DNA from: Paramoeba atlantica
Lineage: Eukaryota; Protista; Discosea
Reading direction: 5' to 3'
DNA: 64,000 nt
Assembly (NCBI GenBank): GCA_977017575.1
Contig: CDRNVI010000065.1
Span: forward strand, 248,001-312,000
Positions within the stretch are counted from its first letter, which is position 1. Each line of letters begins with the position of its first letter. Both the position numbers and the translations under genes were made by a program. Positions 21,305 through 31,043 of the stretch are shown in pieces. Below the pieces are notes generated by a model that saw only the letters and a list, made by a program, of their open reading frames with translations, was not told where the DNA came from and made no database searches.

Positions 21305-21467
21305 TTTGTGAAGACTCGAGAGGCGAGAAGAATAAAATACATTAAACACTTCAATAAGACAATGATTTGATAATTGGTGCTTTCATACAATTAGAGCAAA
21401 AAAAGTGTTAAGCAAACACACTAAACGAACTACAGAGGACACAAACCCCCATTTTTTGTAAATTGTA

Positions 21468-21965
21468 CTAGTGCGATACAGACCGCCGTCGAGCGTCCCC
21501 AGGCATAGGAACGGGTGAAGCACGATCAAAACTGTCCATCCACGATTCAGGCGGAGGCGAAAACTCCTCAGGTCGTGGAGCACTGTTTTCAAAGGTGGAA
21601 CCTGCGAAAGGGTGCGCAGACGGTTTTTCATTATCGGCTCTCAACTTGAGATATCGTCGTACTGGATTGGGTCCTTTCAGCAAGCCGCGGCGAGACTGAT
21701 CAGAGAGAAATGTTATCTCACTTGGGGTGAGTAGACCAGAAGTCATACTTCTCTCAACTTCCGTTTTGAAAGGGGAATTGCGTTCGGAACGTTGGTCAAA
21801 GTCAGAACCTCGTGAAAAATCGGAACCTTGATGGTCTCCCGCCAAAGCATTGGAATTCGAAATGTTCTGCGAGCCTGAAGCACTTCCTTCTGACGCCGCG
21901 CCGGAGAGCCTAATCCCACGGAAATAGTTTAAGGGCATGATCCCAAGTAAAGCAAAGTAAAACAA
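21468..21965 (-). CDS. Hypothetical protein
   Basis: 165-aa ORF on the coding strand (likely start MPLNYF at 21938); no motif. Confidence 0.55.
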   Translation of the reverse strand: MFYFALLGIMPLNYFRGIRLSGAASEGSASGSQNISNSNALAGDHQGSDFSRGSDFDQRSERNSPFKTEVERSMTSGLLTPSEITFLSDQSRRGLLKGPNPVRRYLKLRADNEKPSAHPFAGSTFENSAPRPEEFSPPPESWMDSFDRASPVPMPGDARRRSVSH

Positions 21966-22254
21966 AGTAAAGTGAAGAGGTGTAAAGCCTTTGAGATGGT
22001 GTAAACGAATAAGTACTGTTGACTGAAAGTTTCAGAAGCTTTTTTACTAGAACTAACACTACAAATGAAACCTCATCTGGGAGCCAAAACTCCGTAATGA
22101 ATAATCCGGCTCAGCGACTAAATACAAAAATATATGCTGTAAGGAGCTAGTTAGTGTTTTGGTATTTTAACATGGAACGTGACAACAAAACAGTGCTCCC
22201 AATCTATAAATGCCGCGCTATAACATCGTCTCGAATCCTAACACACACATACAC

Positions 22255-23928
22255 TTAGTCCCCCCGTATGCCTACTGCACACATACCTCCGCCCATAAAC
22301 TTCACATTGTTATACACCCATTCCTGAGCCACCTCCTGGAAGGGCTCCGTTGTGTGGCTCTCACTGACGGGGAGGCAATGCAGAATCGCACCCTCCTCCA
22401 GCGACAGGTGGTAGACCTGCTTGGCGGGGTCCGTGATCGTGAGCGCGCACGGCTCCTCCCCGTACCGCTGGAGAAACCGACCTCGCTCACGCACGCTGAA
22501 CACCTCCCCGGTCTGGTGCCGGAGGATCCCCAGCCCCTCAGCCTTCCCGGTGTCTACCAGCACGAAGCACTCCTCGTTGTAGACCGCATAGCTCAGTGGG
22601 AGTGCACCTTTGCATGGGGTAGGGTGCGGCCGACTGGGACACCATAACACGTCCACAGCCCCCGGGTGGTCGACTTGAATCGGCAGCAGGGTGGGCTCAA
22701 ACGGGAGGTACGCCGCCGGGGTGTCGTCCTCATACGCCGGACGCGGCACATCCCCTGCGGTGAAGGAAGAGAACAGCGCGTTAAAGGCATAGACGTAGTC
22801 CAGCGCGGGACGTGGTACCCGGGAGGCAGGATAGCGAAAGTCCCGGATCGCGTCTCCGGCCATCACGGTCTCGTACATGTGGAGGAAGTTGTTCACAGTG
22901 GTGGCATCCGCTGTGGTATCCATCCCATCCAGCTGGGGAAACAGCCCATTGGTGAACTTCGCCACATCCGTAATCTGCGACCCGTCCACGTCACTAATCA
23001 AAATCACACTATCCTGATGAAACCACTGCAGCTGCAGCACATCACACGCCAAACACTCCGAGTGAACCGTAAAAAACGCATGCCGGATATACTTCCGTAC
23101 CGCCCCCGCGACCAGCGCCGTCACCCAATCCCCCAGCACCGCCTCCGCACGCGTCTTCCAGCTCCGTGCGAACCAGTGCAACTCCCGTCGCAGCCTCCCC
23201 GTGTTCACCTCCACCCCCTGCTCCTCAAACGGGTCGGCCCAGGTCACGTGTCCATTCTCGGAGCGTCTCTGTAAACGGATCTTCAGCAGCACCGGTCGCG
23301 GCACACACACCTTCCGTCGCCCCGCGACCAGGTCCCACCAGCTGCTGCGGTCGAACACGTCAATGCGCATGGGGACCCCGGAGGGGGCCTCCCAGGGGCT
23401 GTAGGGCTCTTGGATGCGGCTAAGGTTGAGATCGAGTAGCTCTACTAAATGGTGAATGATATCCTCCTCGGTGGTGTGGGGGGAAGAGGAAGAGGAAGAC
23501 GATGAAGAAGAAGAAGAGCGGGAGCTACGCATCGAGGACGAAGAGGGGGAGGGGTGCCGACCACGGACGGGGGTGATCGGGGTGAGCCGACTTGGGGCCG
23601 CGGAGGGGTGGGTGGAGAGACGGGAACGTTCCTGGAATAAGGGCGCGTCGGGGGGTTTGTGCAGGAGGGGACGGGGAGGGGGGTGGGAGGAAGAAGAAGA
23701 AGAAGAGGAAGAGGAAGGGGGTGGACCGGGGAGCGTACCGACACGACGTGTCGTGGTGGTGGTTTTCGTGGTGGTAGGGGGGAGGGTAGGGGGGAGGGGT
23801 TTGTGTCGACGGGTGGTGGGAGCGGTCGTGTGGGTGTGGGGGTTGTCCGTGAGGGAAATGGGGAGGGGGGAGGGAGGGGGAAGGAGGAGGGAGGAGAGGA
23901 GGAGGAGAGGGAGGAGGAGGGAGGACAT
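22255..23928 (-). CDS. Hypothetical protein with Leu-rich N-terminus, Pro/Ser/Thr low-complexity region and globular C-terminal domain
   Basis: Long open frame; likely ATG at 23928 (MSSLLLPLLL). Very GC-rich. Confidence 0.7.
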   Translation of the reverse strand: MSSLLLPLLLLSSLLLPPPSPLPISLTDNPHTHTTAPTTRRHKPLPPTLPPTTTKTTTTTRRVGTLPGPPPSSSSSSSSSSHPPPRPLLHKPPDAPLFQERSRLSTHPSAAPSRLTPITPVRGRHPSPSSSSMRSSRSSSSSSSSSSSSPHTTEEDIIHHLVELLDLNLSRIQEPYSPWEAPSGVPMRIDVFDRSSWWDLVAGRRKVCVPRPVLLKIRLQRRSENGHVTWADPFEEQGVEVNTGRLRRELHWFARSWKTRAEAVLGDWVTALVAGAVRKYIRHAFFTVHSECLACDVLQLQWFHQDSVILISDVDGSQITDVAKFTNGLFPQLDGMDTTADATTVNNFLHMYETVMAGDAIRDFRYPASRVPRPALDYVYAFNALFSSFTAGDVPRPAYEDDTPAAYLPFEPTLLPIQVDHPGAVDVLWCPSRPHPTPCKGALPLSYAVYNEECFVLVDTGKAEGLGILRHQTGEVFSVRERGRFLQRYGEEPCALTITDPAKQVYHLSLEEGAILHCLPVSESHTTEPFQEVAQEWVYNNVKFMGGGMCAVGIRGD

Positions 23929-24149
23929 GGGGTGGGGGGAGAAGAGCAAAATAAAGAGAGGGAGAAAGGAGGGAGAAATAGAGCTCTGGAAAGGAGAAAA
24001 GAGTAAGGGTGGTGTGCAAATGAAGGAACACAGTACGTGCGCGCGTCGATTGACTTCGCCCAACAACTCAACGTAACAAATCAAATTCCAATTGAGGGTT
24101 GAAACGATGCACCGCAATACTCTTGTACGATGCGTAAATCTCTCGAAAG

Positions 24150-25217
24150 CTAACTTTTAAGTGATGATGAAGAGGAATGTGAAGAGATACAGAGGGGATC
24201 AGTTAATGCTAATCCCTCGTAATCTCGTTTTGAGATCGTCCAACCACCCTTTTTTTTGTCAAAAACATTATTTGCTCGAGCTACCGAGATGGGGAGAAGA
24301 CCACAAGGACGAGCGAACTGAACGATCCATCCGGGACGGAACCAGAGAACATCGTTCCAAAAGCGCATATTATGATTTTTTTGTAGACGAGTCTTGTGAT
24401 AAAGAAGTGCTTCCCGCATTCGCGAGGGCGCTTCGTCACTTTCGCTATGTTCGAACAAGAGCTGCAGCGTAGTTCCGACATGAGTTGCCATCGGTTTCCC
24501 CAACATGTCTGAAAATTTGTTCAATGCTGAATGCAAAACGCTGCATTGTTCAAGAAATGTAAAGCAGCTTGCTTTAATTTCCAAAGCTCCGTACCGGTCC
24601 AGCAAACGCTTACACTTAATAATGGACTTTGACGCCCGTGCCTTTTCACTTTCGCTGTACACAAATGCCGATACTGTGTCCATATTCTTCGCCAAAAATT
24701 GCATACATGTAAACTTATCCTGACACCAGCGCGTCACACCTCCGAGCCTCGGAGTTTCGTCACCCTCAGTTTCACGCGCTACTTGCAAAGCACTAATCAA
24801 TTTCGGTCCCTGAGCAAGAAGCTGGCGATGCTTCTCGTACCATGACGTGACATTGCATGACAGTGTGGCAATTAGAGAATTGGACATGTCCGGAGATACC
24901 TCCTTCAGCTTTTCGAGGCATCCGATTAGAGTAGATTGTAGTTGTTGACGGCAGAAAACTGGGGCATCCTCCCCAAGGCCATGGTACGATTGACGGAAGG
25001 TTTCTTCCGCCTTCAGAACTCCCTGATCGAAGCGAGCCAGAGCGAGATCCAGAGCAACTCCCTTGTATTTCCCTTTTGCTGCACTCGCTCGTCCTCCTGA
25101 ATAAAAGGACTGACTGAACGCTTTTTTGAAAAGAAAGCACGGTGACTCTTCGTAGGGCTTCAAGGTCGTTTGGCAAATGTTATTCAGCAAAATGCATAAT
25201 GAATGAGCTTCCCCCAC
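24150..25217 (-). CDS. Hypothetical protein, possibly hAT-transposase-derived
   Basis: 355-aa open frame with a GTG track start. 'GEAHSLCILLNNI' (CxxH-like) and 'PRLGGVTRW' recall hAT catalytic-domain motifs. No TIRs seen. Confidence 0.45.
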   Translation of the reverse strand: MGEAHSLCILLNNICQTTLKPYEESPCFLFKKAFSQSFYSGGRASAAKGKYKGVALDLALARFDQGVLKAEETFRQSYHGLGEDAPVFCRQQLQSTLIGCLEKLKEVSPDMSNSLIATLSCNVTSWYEKHRQLLAQGPKLISALQVARETEGDETPRLGGVTRWCQDKFTCMQFLAKNMDTVSAFVYSESEKARASKSIIKCKRLLDRYGALEIKASCFTFLEQCSVLHSALNKFSDMLGKPMATHVGTTLQLLFEHSESDEAPSRMREALLYHKTRLQKNHNMRFWNDVLWFRPGWIVQFARPCGLLPISVARANNVFDKKKGGWTISKRDYEGLALTDPLCISSHSSSSSLKS

Positions 25218-25500
25218 TCTCTGACTCTCGCATTGCGAGGTTAATAGCCGAGAGTCAGGTTGGCGACACCATCGCCGTCCTATGGTCGTCAGAAAAAGTG
25301 TCCTATAGAGAATTGTGGAAAAGGGTTATCATGATGATTGGATAAGACAAAACCACTATGTTGGTCGCTTAAGAGGAAATTTGGCGACCTCATGTTCCCT
25401 CCGACGAATGTTCAATTACTCGCTACTGACCTCTACTGCGAACATCACATCAAAAAGCACTCTTTTTCATCTTCAATTTACAAGAAGACGACGTATGCTC

Positions 25501-26913
25501 CTAATCAGTACCAGTCCGTGGTTGCAGCAACATCTTTCTTGTAACTTGTCTCGTGCTTTCAATTGGCGTGGAAGACTCCACCCGTGAGCAAGAAAATGAT
25601 TTCTTATAAAAATAGAATATTGTCCCAAAAAGTAAAAGCGCCGTCGAAATAATGGTTATGACAAGCCAGGCAAGGAGTTCTCGAGGCGGACAGAAGTGTC
25701 GAAATCGAGAGCGTTCTAGTATTTGCATAACCCACAGAAGTATGTGAGGCGAATGCTCAGGTAAATCACAAACTAAATTTGGTCTTTCCAAATCTCTTTC
25801 TCGGAAACATGCACTAGTTGTGTGCTGTCCAACATGTAGTTCACTAAAGGGAATTGTATGACTCCACCGGATGAATCCCTTTACATCTTTAATTTCGAGT
25901 AGAATTTCTCCTTCTTCCCACTTAATGGTAATCTTCCCGTAATTCAAACCGAAGTAACTCGCAATTCGTGTAGGCAAAGAAGGTACAAGAGCACTTAACC
26001 ACGACGGGACGTGGTGAGTAATCCCACTCGATGTAAATTCATACACAGGATATCCTAAAGGTGAGCAGTTTAGGCGATGCACCTCTGAAAAGTGAATGTC
26101 ACCGGATAGGAAAAGGATGCCACCCCTACCGCTGGACGCTACAATAGAGACAAGCCTCTTCCTGGCACGAGGAAAGCGACCCCAGTGCTCTGTGGGCCTG
26201 TTATCGCTTATGATTTGTACGCCGGAACCGATAAGAACAATATCCCCGGGCTGGTCATTTAGAACACGGGATAGCCACGCCCACTGGGTTTCTCCCAAGA
26301 AATCCCCATCCGACGTACCATACGGATCCTTGAAGTAGCGCACGTCCAAAAGAATAATCAGCACGCGCCCCTGAGCAAGTGAGTAGAAACGATACACTCC
26401 ATTTTGTCTTCTAATAGGATGATCCATAGGAGTGTCGAGAAAGTCTAAGAACAGACTCTGAGAAGCGTCTTTGTTGAAAAATGTTCTGTCACCATCATTG
26501 ATTCCATAGTCATGGTCATCCCAGACCCCAAATATCGAAATATTGCTCCTCAAAAGTTCTTGATACTCCTTGCTCATTTTTTGCTTTTCATATACACGCG
26601 CCATGTGATCCAGTGAACTGGGCTGGAAACGAAATAACCATTTTCTCGTGTCAGCATAGACTGCATCCCCAAGCCACATCCATGCTGTTGGGGAATCTTG
26701 TAACACAGCGTGCCATATTAATTGAGCTTTGTCTGGACGATTACAACTTCCGAACGTGATAGTGGTGACATTCTCTAACTCTTTCTTTAGGTGGTCTTGA
26801 TCCGATAATCGATTTCGAGTATTTTCTTCTACGCTAGTTAAGAGCCCAGTGAGAAGCAGTGACCTTTGTGGACATTTCCATACAAGCCAAACTAGTAAAA
26901 ACCAGAGATGCAT
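25501..26913 (-). CDS. PhoD-like alkaline phosphatase D family protein with C-terminal TM helix
   Basis: FGSCN, WLGDAVYAD, VWDDHDYG, LLDVRYF, FLGETQWAWL, LSGDIHF, EFTSSG. Confidence 0.92.
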   Translation of the reverse strand: MHLWFLLVWLVWKCPQRSLLLTGLLTSVEENTRNRLSDQDHLKKELENVTTITFGSCNRPDKAQLIWHAVLQDSPTAWMWLGDAVYADTRKWLFRFQPSSLDHMARVYEKQKMSKEYQELLRSNISIFGVWDDHDYGINDGDRTFFNKDASQSLFLDFLDTPMDHPIRRQNGVYRFYSLAQGRVLIILLDVRYFKDPYGTSDGDFLGETQWAWLSRVLNDQPGDIVLIGSGVQIISDNRPTEHWGRFPRARKRLVSIVASSGRGGILFLSGDIHFSEVHRLNCSPLGYPVYEFTSSGITHHVPSWLSALVPSLPTRIASYFGLNYGKITIKWEEGEILLEIKDVKGFIRWSHTIPFSELHVGQHTTSACFRERDLERPNLVCDLPEHSPHILLWVMQILERSRFRHFCPPRELLAWLVITIISTALLLFGTIFYFYKKSFSCSRVESSTPIESTRQVTRKMLLQPRTGTD

Positions 26914-26987
26914 GACTACTGAAATTGAAAAACAGTCATCTTTTTATCTTGTCGTACCTCACATACACTGTACATGTGTTTTTTTCA

Positions 26988-27031
26988 CTTTTTCAAAATT
27001 CGAGGGGGAGGCGTATAGCCGATTGCTAGTG
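26988..27031. mobile_element. Solo terminal fragment of the MITE-A family
   Basis: Reverse complement TA|CACTAGCAATCGGCTATACGCCTCCCCCTCGAATTTTGAAAAA matches the left end of MITE-A (3854 onward). Confidence 0.75.
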
Positions 27032-27520
27032 TATATCAAAATCTATAATTCTTTACATGTTCATATTAGAAAAAAGTATCCATAAGAAATACACAACGAG
27101 TTTTTTTCGAGTGTATATTACACCACGAGTTTTTTTCGTAACGGTAGACAATTGACTTGATTCTTTTTCGAGCTCGAGATAAGAAAAAATGGTTCTTCTT
27201 CTGCTAAATTTGTTTTGAAAAATGCCTAGGGAAGACATAATGAATTTTAGGACTCTTCTTTTTGATTGCGTGCAATACCAAACGTAAAAAGATCAGTGCA
27301 ATAAATTGTTTTCATTTTTGAGTCGAATATATGCTTGTTTGAAGTGACATCACGTAGAATGCAAATACTGCTATTGCGGCAGTAGTATGAAAAAAAACTT
27401 GGCGTATCCGTCCGCGGATTCCGGCGAAATGGTATATTTTTGCATCGTCTGGATGATGTTAGTATAAAGGGGGGTTTCACCCCTTTGAAGTGTAAACAGG
27501 GAGGGACAGCATACAATATA

Positions 27521-27936
27521 CTGTCCCCCCCCCCACTTAAACGCAACCAGGTTTTGGCCTAAAATTGCGCATAAGTAGCCGGGTCAAAAAAGAGTGAAAA
27601 AATAAATTCGCGCCGCTTCGCGACGCGTGTTTCTATCATGAGTTATATACGCGGGGTACCCTTCGGGGTTGCTTTTTATATACTATCCCCCCTAGCAATC
27701 CGCTTTCTGCTTTGTGCCTTTCTCCCCCTTCTTCCTCTACGGTCCTCAAAAGTCGATATCAAAAGCGATGTCCCATTCTTCTGACACGGGTCGTTGCATG
27801 TATAAGAATGATTTATGTGGCGCGATAGTGTCTGAGGTACATGAATGGGTTGGAACCGCGGCCATTCCAAAAGCCAAAGTTTCGGATGTATTCCGCGTGA
27901 AGTTAGAAGAAGTTTTTATCAAGGGTCGCCAAGGTA
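27521..27936. mobile_element. Truncated left part of MITE-C, cut by the duplication junction
   Basis: Same sequence as 44348-44763; ends at the junction. Confidence 0.85.
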
Positions 27937-28049
27937 GCTTCATTATTGATATACCTAGGGTCGCCGTGTTGTCTGGGTTGCTTAACGGGCTTTCCTGATT
28001 TAGGGTGTATGTAATGCCAAGCACGTGTAAGTCGAGATATATGAATCAT
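27903..28049 (-). pseudogene. Truncated chimeric uL16m 5' fragment at the duplication junction
   Basis: First 38 codons of L16 (MIHISRL...INNEA) fused to TLATLDKNFF*, read from MITE-C sequence. Confidence 0.9.
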
Positions 28050-28243
28050 TAGAACATTTGCAAGGATAATCGGGATACTCTACATGAACTCAATAATAAA
28101 GATTTATAGTAAAAGAGTTAGTGTACTGCAATGCCCTTATAGTGTTACGTTTACATCATGAAAACAGCACGAAAATAAATTTGAAGTCGGATTCTTCTGG
28201 ACAAAAAGAATTGCAACTTGCACACAAGTCTGAACTGTTGTCT

Positions 28244-29869
28244 CTAATCTATGATTATACATTCGCTATTACTTTTGGTTGCTTTCGAATTTGTGTGACT
28301 CGTACAATCCGTGTCCACTACATTGGTGCCACGTACTAAGTGAGGTGTGTCTAGTTTTTCAAGTTTTCTCTTTCTTAATGAAGCTAAGGAATTTCCATGT
28401 TCACCAATACGTTCAGAGTCTGTGGACACCACCTCATCGCTACCAGCAAAGGAACTGCAGATCTTCTTACCACTATACGGAAAATATCGGGTAATTGATT
28501 TACGCTGCATTTCTTTCACGCGATCTGAGTATTTGTAATGTTCAAATCCATGAGCGTTTATCGATACAAAGCTAAAACAGTATGGGTTTTCAGTACTACT
28601 CTTCGGAACATGTGAAACAAGGTCCGACAAGAGGGCATCTACTAATGCCGTAGAATCATCCGTATCCTTTACGTTTGCGCCCGCAGGATATGAACTAGTC
28701 CTTGTCAAGTTGCCGCATTCCGGGACACAGCGTAGCACTAATGTGATGCGCTTCGGGTAAAAGGTACTACGGCATGCACCAAAGTGTATGTCGTGATCAA
28801 CCCGGTATCTACGGTCATCTTGTAGATCAACAAGATCTTCCACCCTATGTACCACCTCTGCGCACAACATTTGCAACCAGGGTAACAAGTTTGTCGTTGG
28901 CGGGATCTCTTTCGCTGCAACTATGCTTTTCGGAAGCGTTCTTTGAATAACTGAGGCATCTGAGTAACCTCGAGCCGAGCGCAATATACAGTCTGTGGTA
29001 GAGAGATCAAAATACAAGTGAACCGCATCAAAATCATGTTCCCACAGTTCAGATGCCGTCCGCACACCAAGTAAAGATGTGACTTTTTTACCGAAATCGC
29101 CGCCATAGCCCCTTAGCTTACGTACTTCAATGTCTTTCATAAAATCAGAAACTCCGGAGTCCAGCAGAACAGCTTGTTGGTTGGGCTTGTACTTTGAAGA
29201 GGCATATTTTGCGAGAGGCTTCGTGGATGCAATTCCAGCACTAAGACGATATTTCAATTCCTGAAAGACAGCTTGTCGGATTTCGTGCGCGACTTCTGCC
29301 GCAAGGTAAAAATGTTTGATATTGTGTGTGTCGTCCGCAGCTGAATTGCGTAAAACAGTACCGAATCCAGTAAGCCATTGGGAGATGTCCGGTACATAAT
29401 TGTTCCCATCCTCTCGCAATCGCAAGTAAACTTCTCGAGTGACGTCTATATAAGCTTCATCAATACCAGCCCTTTCGTAAATACACAGAGATCCCGCCAC
29501 ACGCTGAATCAGACTATGTATCCGCCGCGAGGCTTGGCGATAAGGTTCCAAGCTTACTTTGTGGGTAGATTTTGACGGGTTCGAGTGGTATTCATAATTC
29601 ACACTTCCGAGAGCGTAGGTCGCCGTGTGAACGGCCCGTACATCGGGACATACTCTCAAAGCTTCCGAGAGATGCATAAATCGTGTCACGCCACGAGCCC
29701 TTGCAGCGTAGTTCACAGCTATGAGACTGCCCCATTGTTGAACTACGCAAGGGACATCATGGGGTATCTGAAGCCGTAGCTGCTCCACTTGACAGTAGAA
29801 GCAATCAAGATCGACATGGATAATAAAGCGATCTTCATTATAAGGAAACTCCAAGAGGTGCTCCAACAT
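28244..29869 (-). CDS. POLH: Pol eta-like, copy 2
   Basis: Protein identical to 11414-13039. Confidence 0.88.
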   Translation of the reverse strand: MLEHLLEFPYNEDRFIIHVDLDCFYCQVEQLRLQIPHDVPCVVQQWGSLIAVNYAARARGVTRFMHLSEALRVCPDVRAVHTATYALGSVNYEYHSNPSKSTHKVSLEPYRQASRRIHSLIQRVAGSLCIYERAGIDEAYIDVTREVYLRLREDGNNYVPDISQWLTGFGTVLRNSAADDTHNIKHFYLAAEVAHEIRQAVFQELKYRLSAGIASTKPLAKYASSKYKPNQQAVLLDSGVSDFMKDIEVRKLRGYGGDFGKKVTSLLGVRTASELWEHDFDAVHLYFDLSTTDCILRSARGYSDASVIQRTLPKSIVAAKEIPPTTNLLPWLQMLCAEVVHRVEDLVDLQDDRRYRVDHDIHFGACRSTFYPKRITLVLRCVPECGNLTRTSSYPAGANVKDTDDSTALVDALLSDLVSHVPKSSTENPYCFSFVSINAHGFEHYKYSDRVKEMQRKSITRYFPYSGKKICSSFAGSDEVVSTDSERIGEHGNSLASLRKRKLEKLDTPHLVRGTNVVDTDCTSHTNSKATKSNSECIIID

Positions 29870-30074
29870 TCAATTCATAATTACAAAAATGTTATAGCGC
29901 AGTGGTCAAAAGTAGTATGGTAATCTGTCCCAAGGTAGATAAAAAACAGAAAGTAGTTAGCTAAATAATAACTGCAAAATATTTACTAATTATACTGCAA
30001 AAAAATTTGAATAATTTAGAGGATGCATAACAGATAAAAACATAAAAAGATTGAGGTGGTCTGGAAAGAGAGGT

Positions 30075-30136
30075 ATCCTCATCGGGCGACTGCTGGCTAA
30101 CAGTTTCGAGCATAAAAATGCAACCCGATGATTCAC
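30075..30136 (-). promoter_or_regulatory. Candidate SECIS, copy 2
   Basis: Identical to 13245-13306. Confidence 0.5.
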
Positions 30137-30171
30137 AGTAAACAGATTTCGCCAAAGATGGCAAGAACGAA

Positions 30172-30225
30172 GCGCAAGGTGAGCACTGCGGAAATAATGA
30201 AATAGTACGATGTCTCACCTTGCGC
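30172..30225 (-). promoter_or_regulatory. SRE-like stem-loop, copy 2
   Basis: Identical to 13342-13395. Confidence 0.6.
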
Positions 30226-30483
30226 CTATCCTCAGCCTCCGGCACCACCAAACTGTGCGGGTTTCGGTAGGCAGGAAATACGCGGTCCTCTTGGGGCCCT
30301 GTTATCTGAGTTGTCGCCGGGACCTCGATGACGAAAATTGTCCACGTGCTCTCGTACCGGAGCAGTGGTGAAGAGTGTTTGAAGGAAAAGAGCTACCAGA
30401 GAAAATAGTAGCGCTATTCCATCATGGATTTCCACCGACCAAGGTCGTGAATCCGAGAGGCGGCCTTGGGAAATATATGTCAT
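30226..30483 (-). CDS. SELENOK: Selenoprotein K, copy 2
   Basis: Identical to 13396-13653. Confidence 0.88.
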
Positions 30484-31043
30484 GATTTATTGTCCGTATA
30501 TTAATTTTAGTAAGGAGATGGAAATCAAAAGAATGGATCAACAGGTTATTTTTTTTATTAATACAAAAATACAAAACAATATGTCTCCGCAAAACGCTAC
30601 TTTTTTGAATACACATGTAGGATTTAAAAACCTACTCTATAGAAGCACAAGGTTAAATGCTATTCTGAACTATTTTACTGTTGAGTGCGCATTGAAGTGA
30701 GTTGCAAAGTAGTTAAAAAAGGAGGAGTGCGTGTACACAACGTTCTGTAAAACCGAATTTTTAATGCCATACAAACTATTTTTTTGAAGACAAAATTTAA
30801 TACACACTCTATTCTTCACAAAGCCTTCAAAAGAGATATTGGCTAAAAAAACTACTTTAGGAAGCTACAGCTGTGTTCAAAGAGTACTTTGAACACATTT
30901 TTGTATACAAAGACCTAAGTATTGTGATATACTCAGTGATCCTCACGCTTCCTACAACTTTATACTTAAAATTATTTTTGATAGACACAATTCCGCATGT
31001 CGGAAATTCTCAAATCCAAAGGTATTCTACCATAGATTGATGA

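Larger units (their letters stand above)
11106..27935. repeat. Tandem segmental duplication, copy 1 (~16.83 kb)
   Basis: Sequence and all ORFs recur at +16830 (e.g. 11414/28244) and at +16827 after a 3-bp indel. Novel junction at 27936. Confidence 0.97.

Noticed and set aside
20468-21370. 300-aa plus-strand ORF opposite SerRS (and copy 37298-38200)
   Set aside because: Shadow ORF caused by GC3 saturation of the sense gene; no motif.
23445-24076. Multiple 115-208 aa ORFs on both strands
   Set aside because: By-products of the GGA/GAA polypurine tract inside the 22255-23928 gene.
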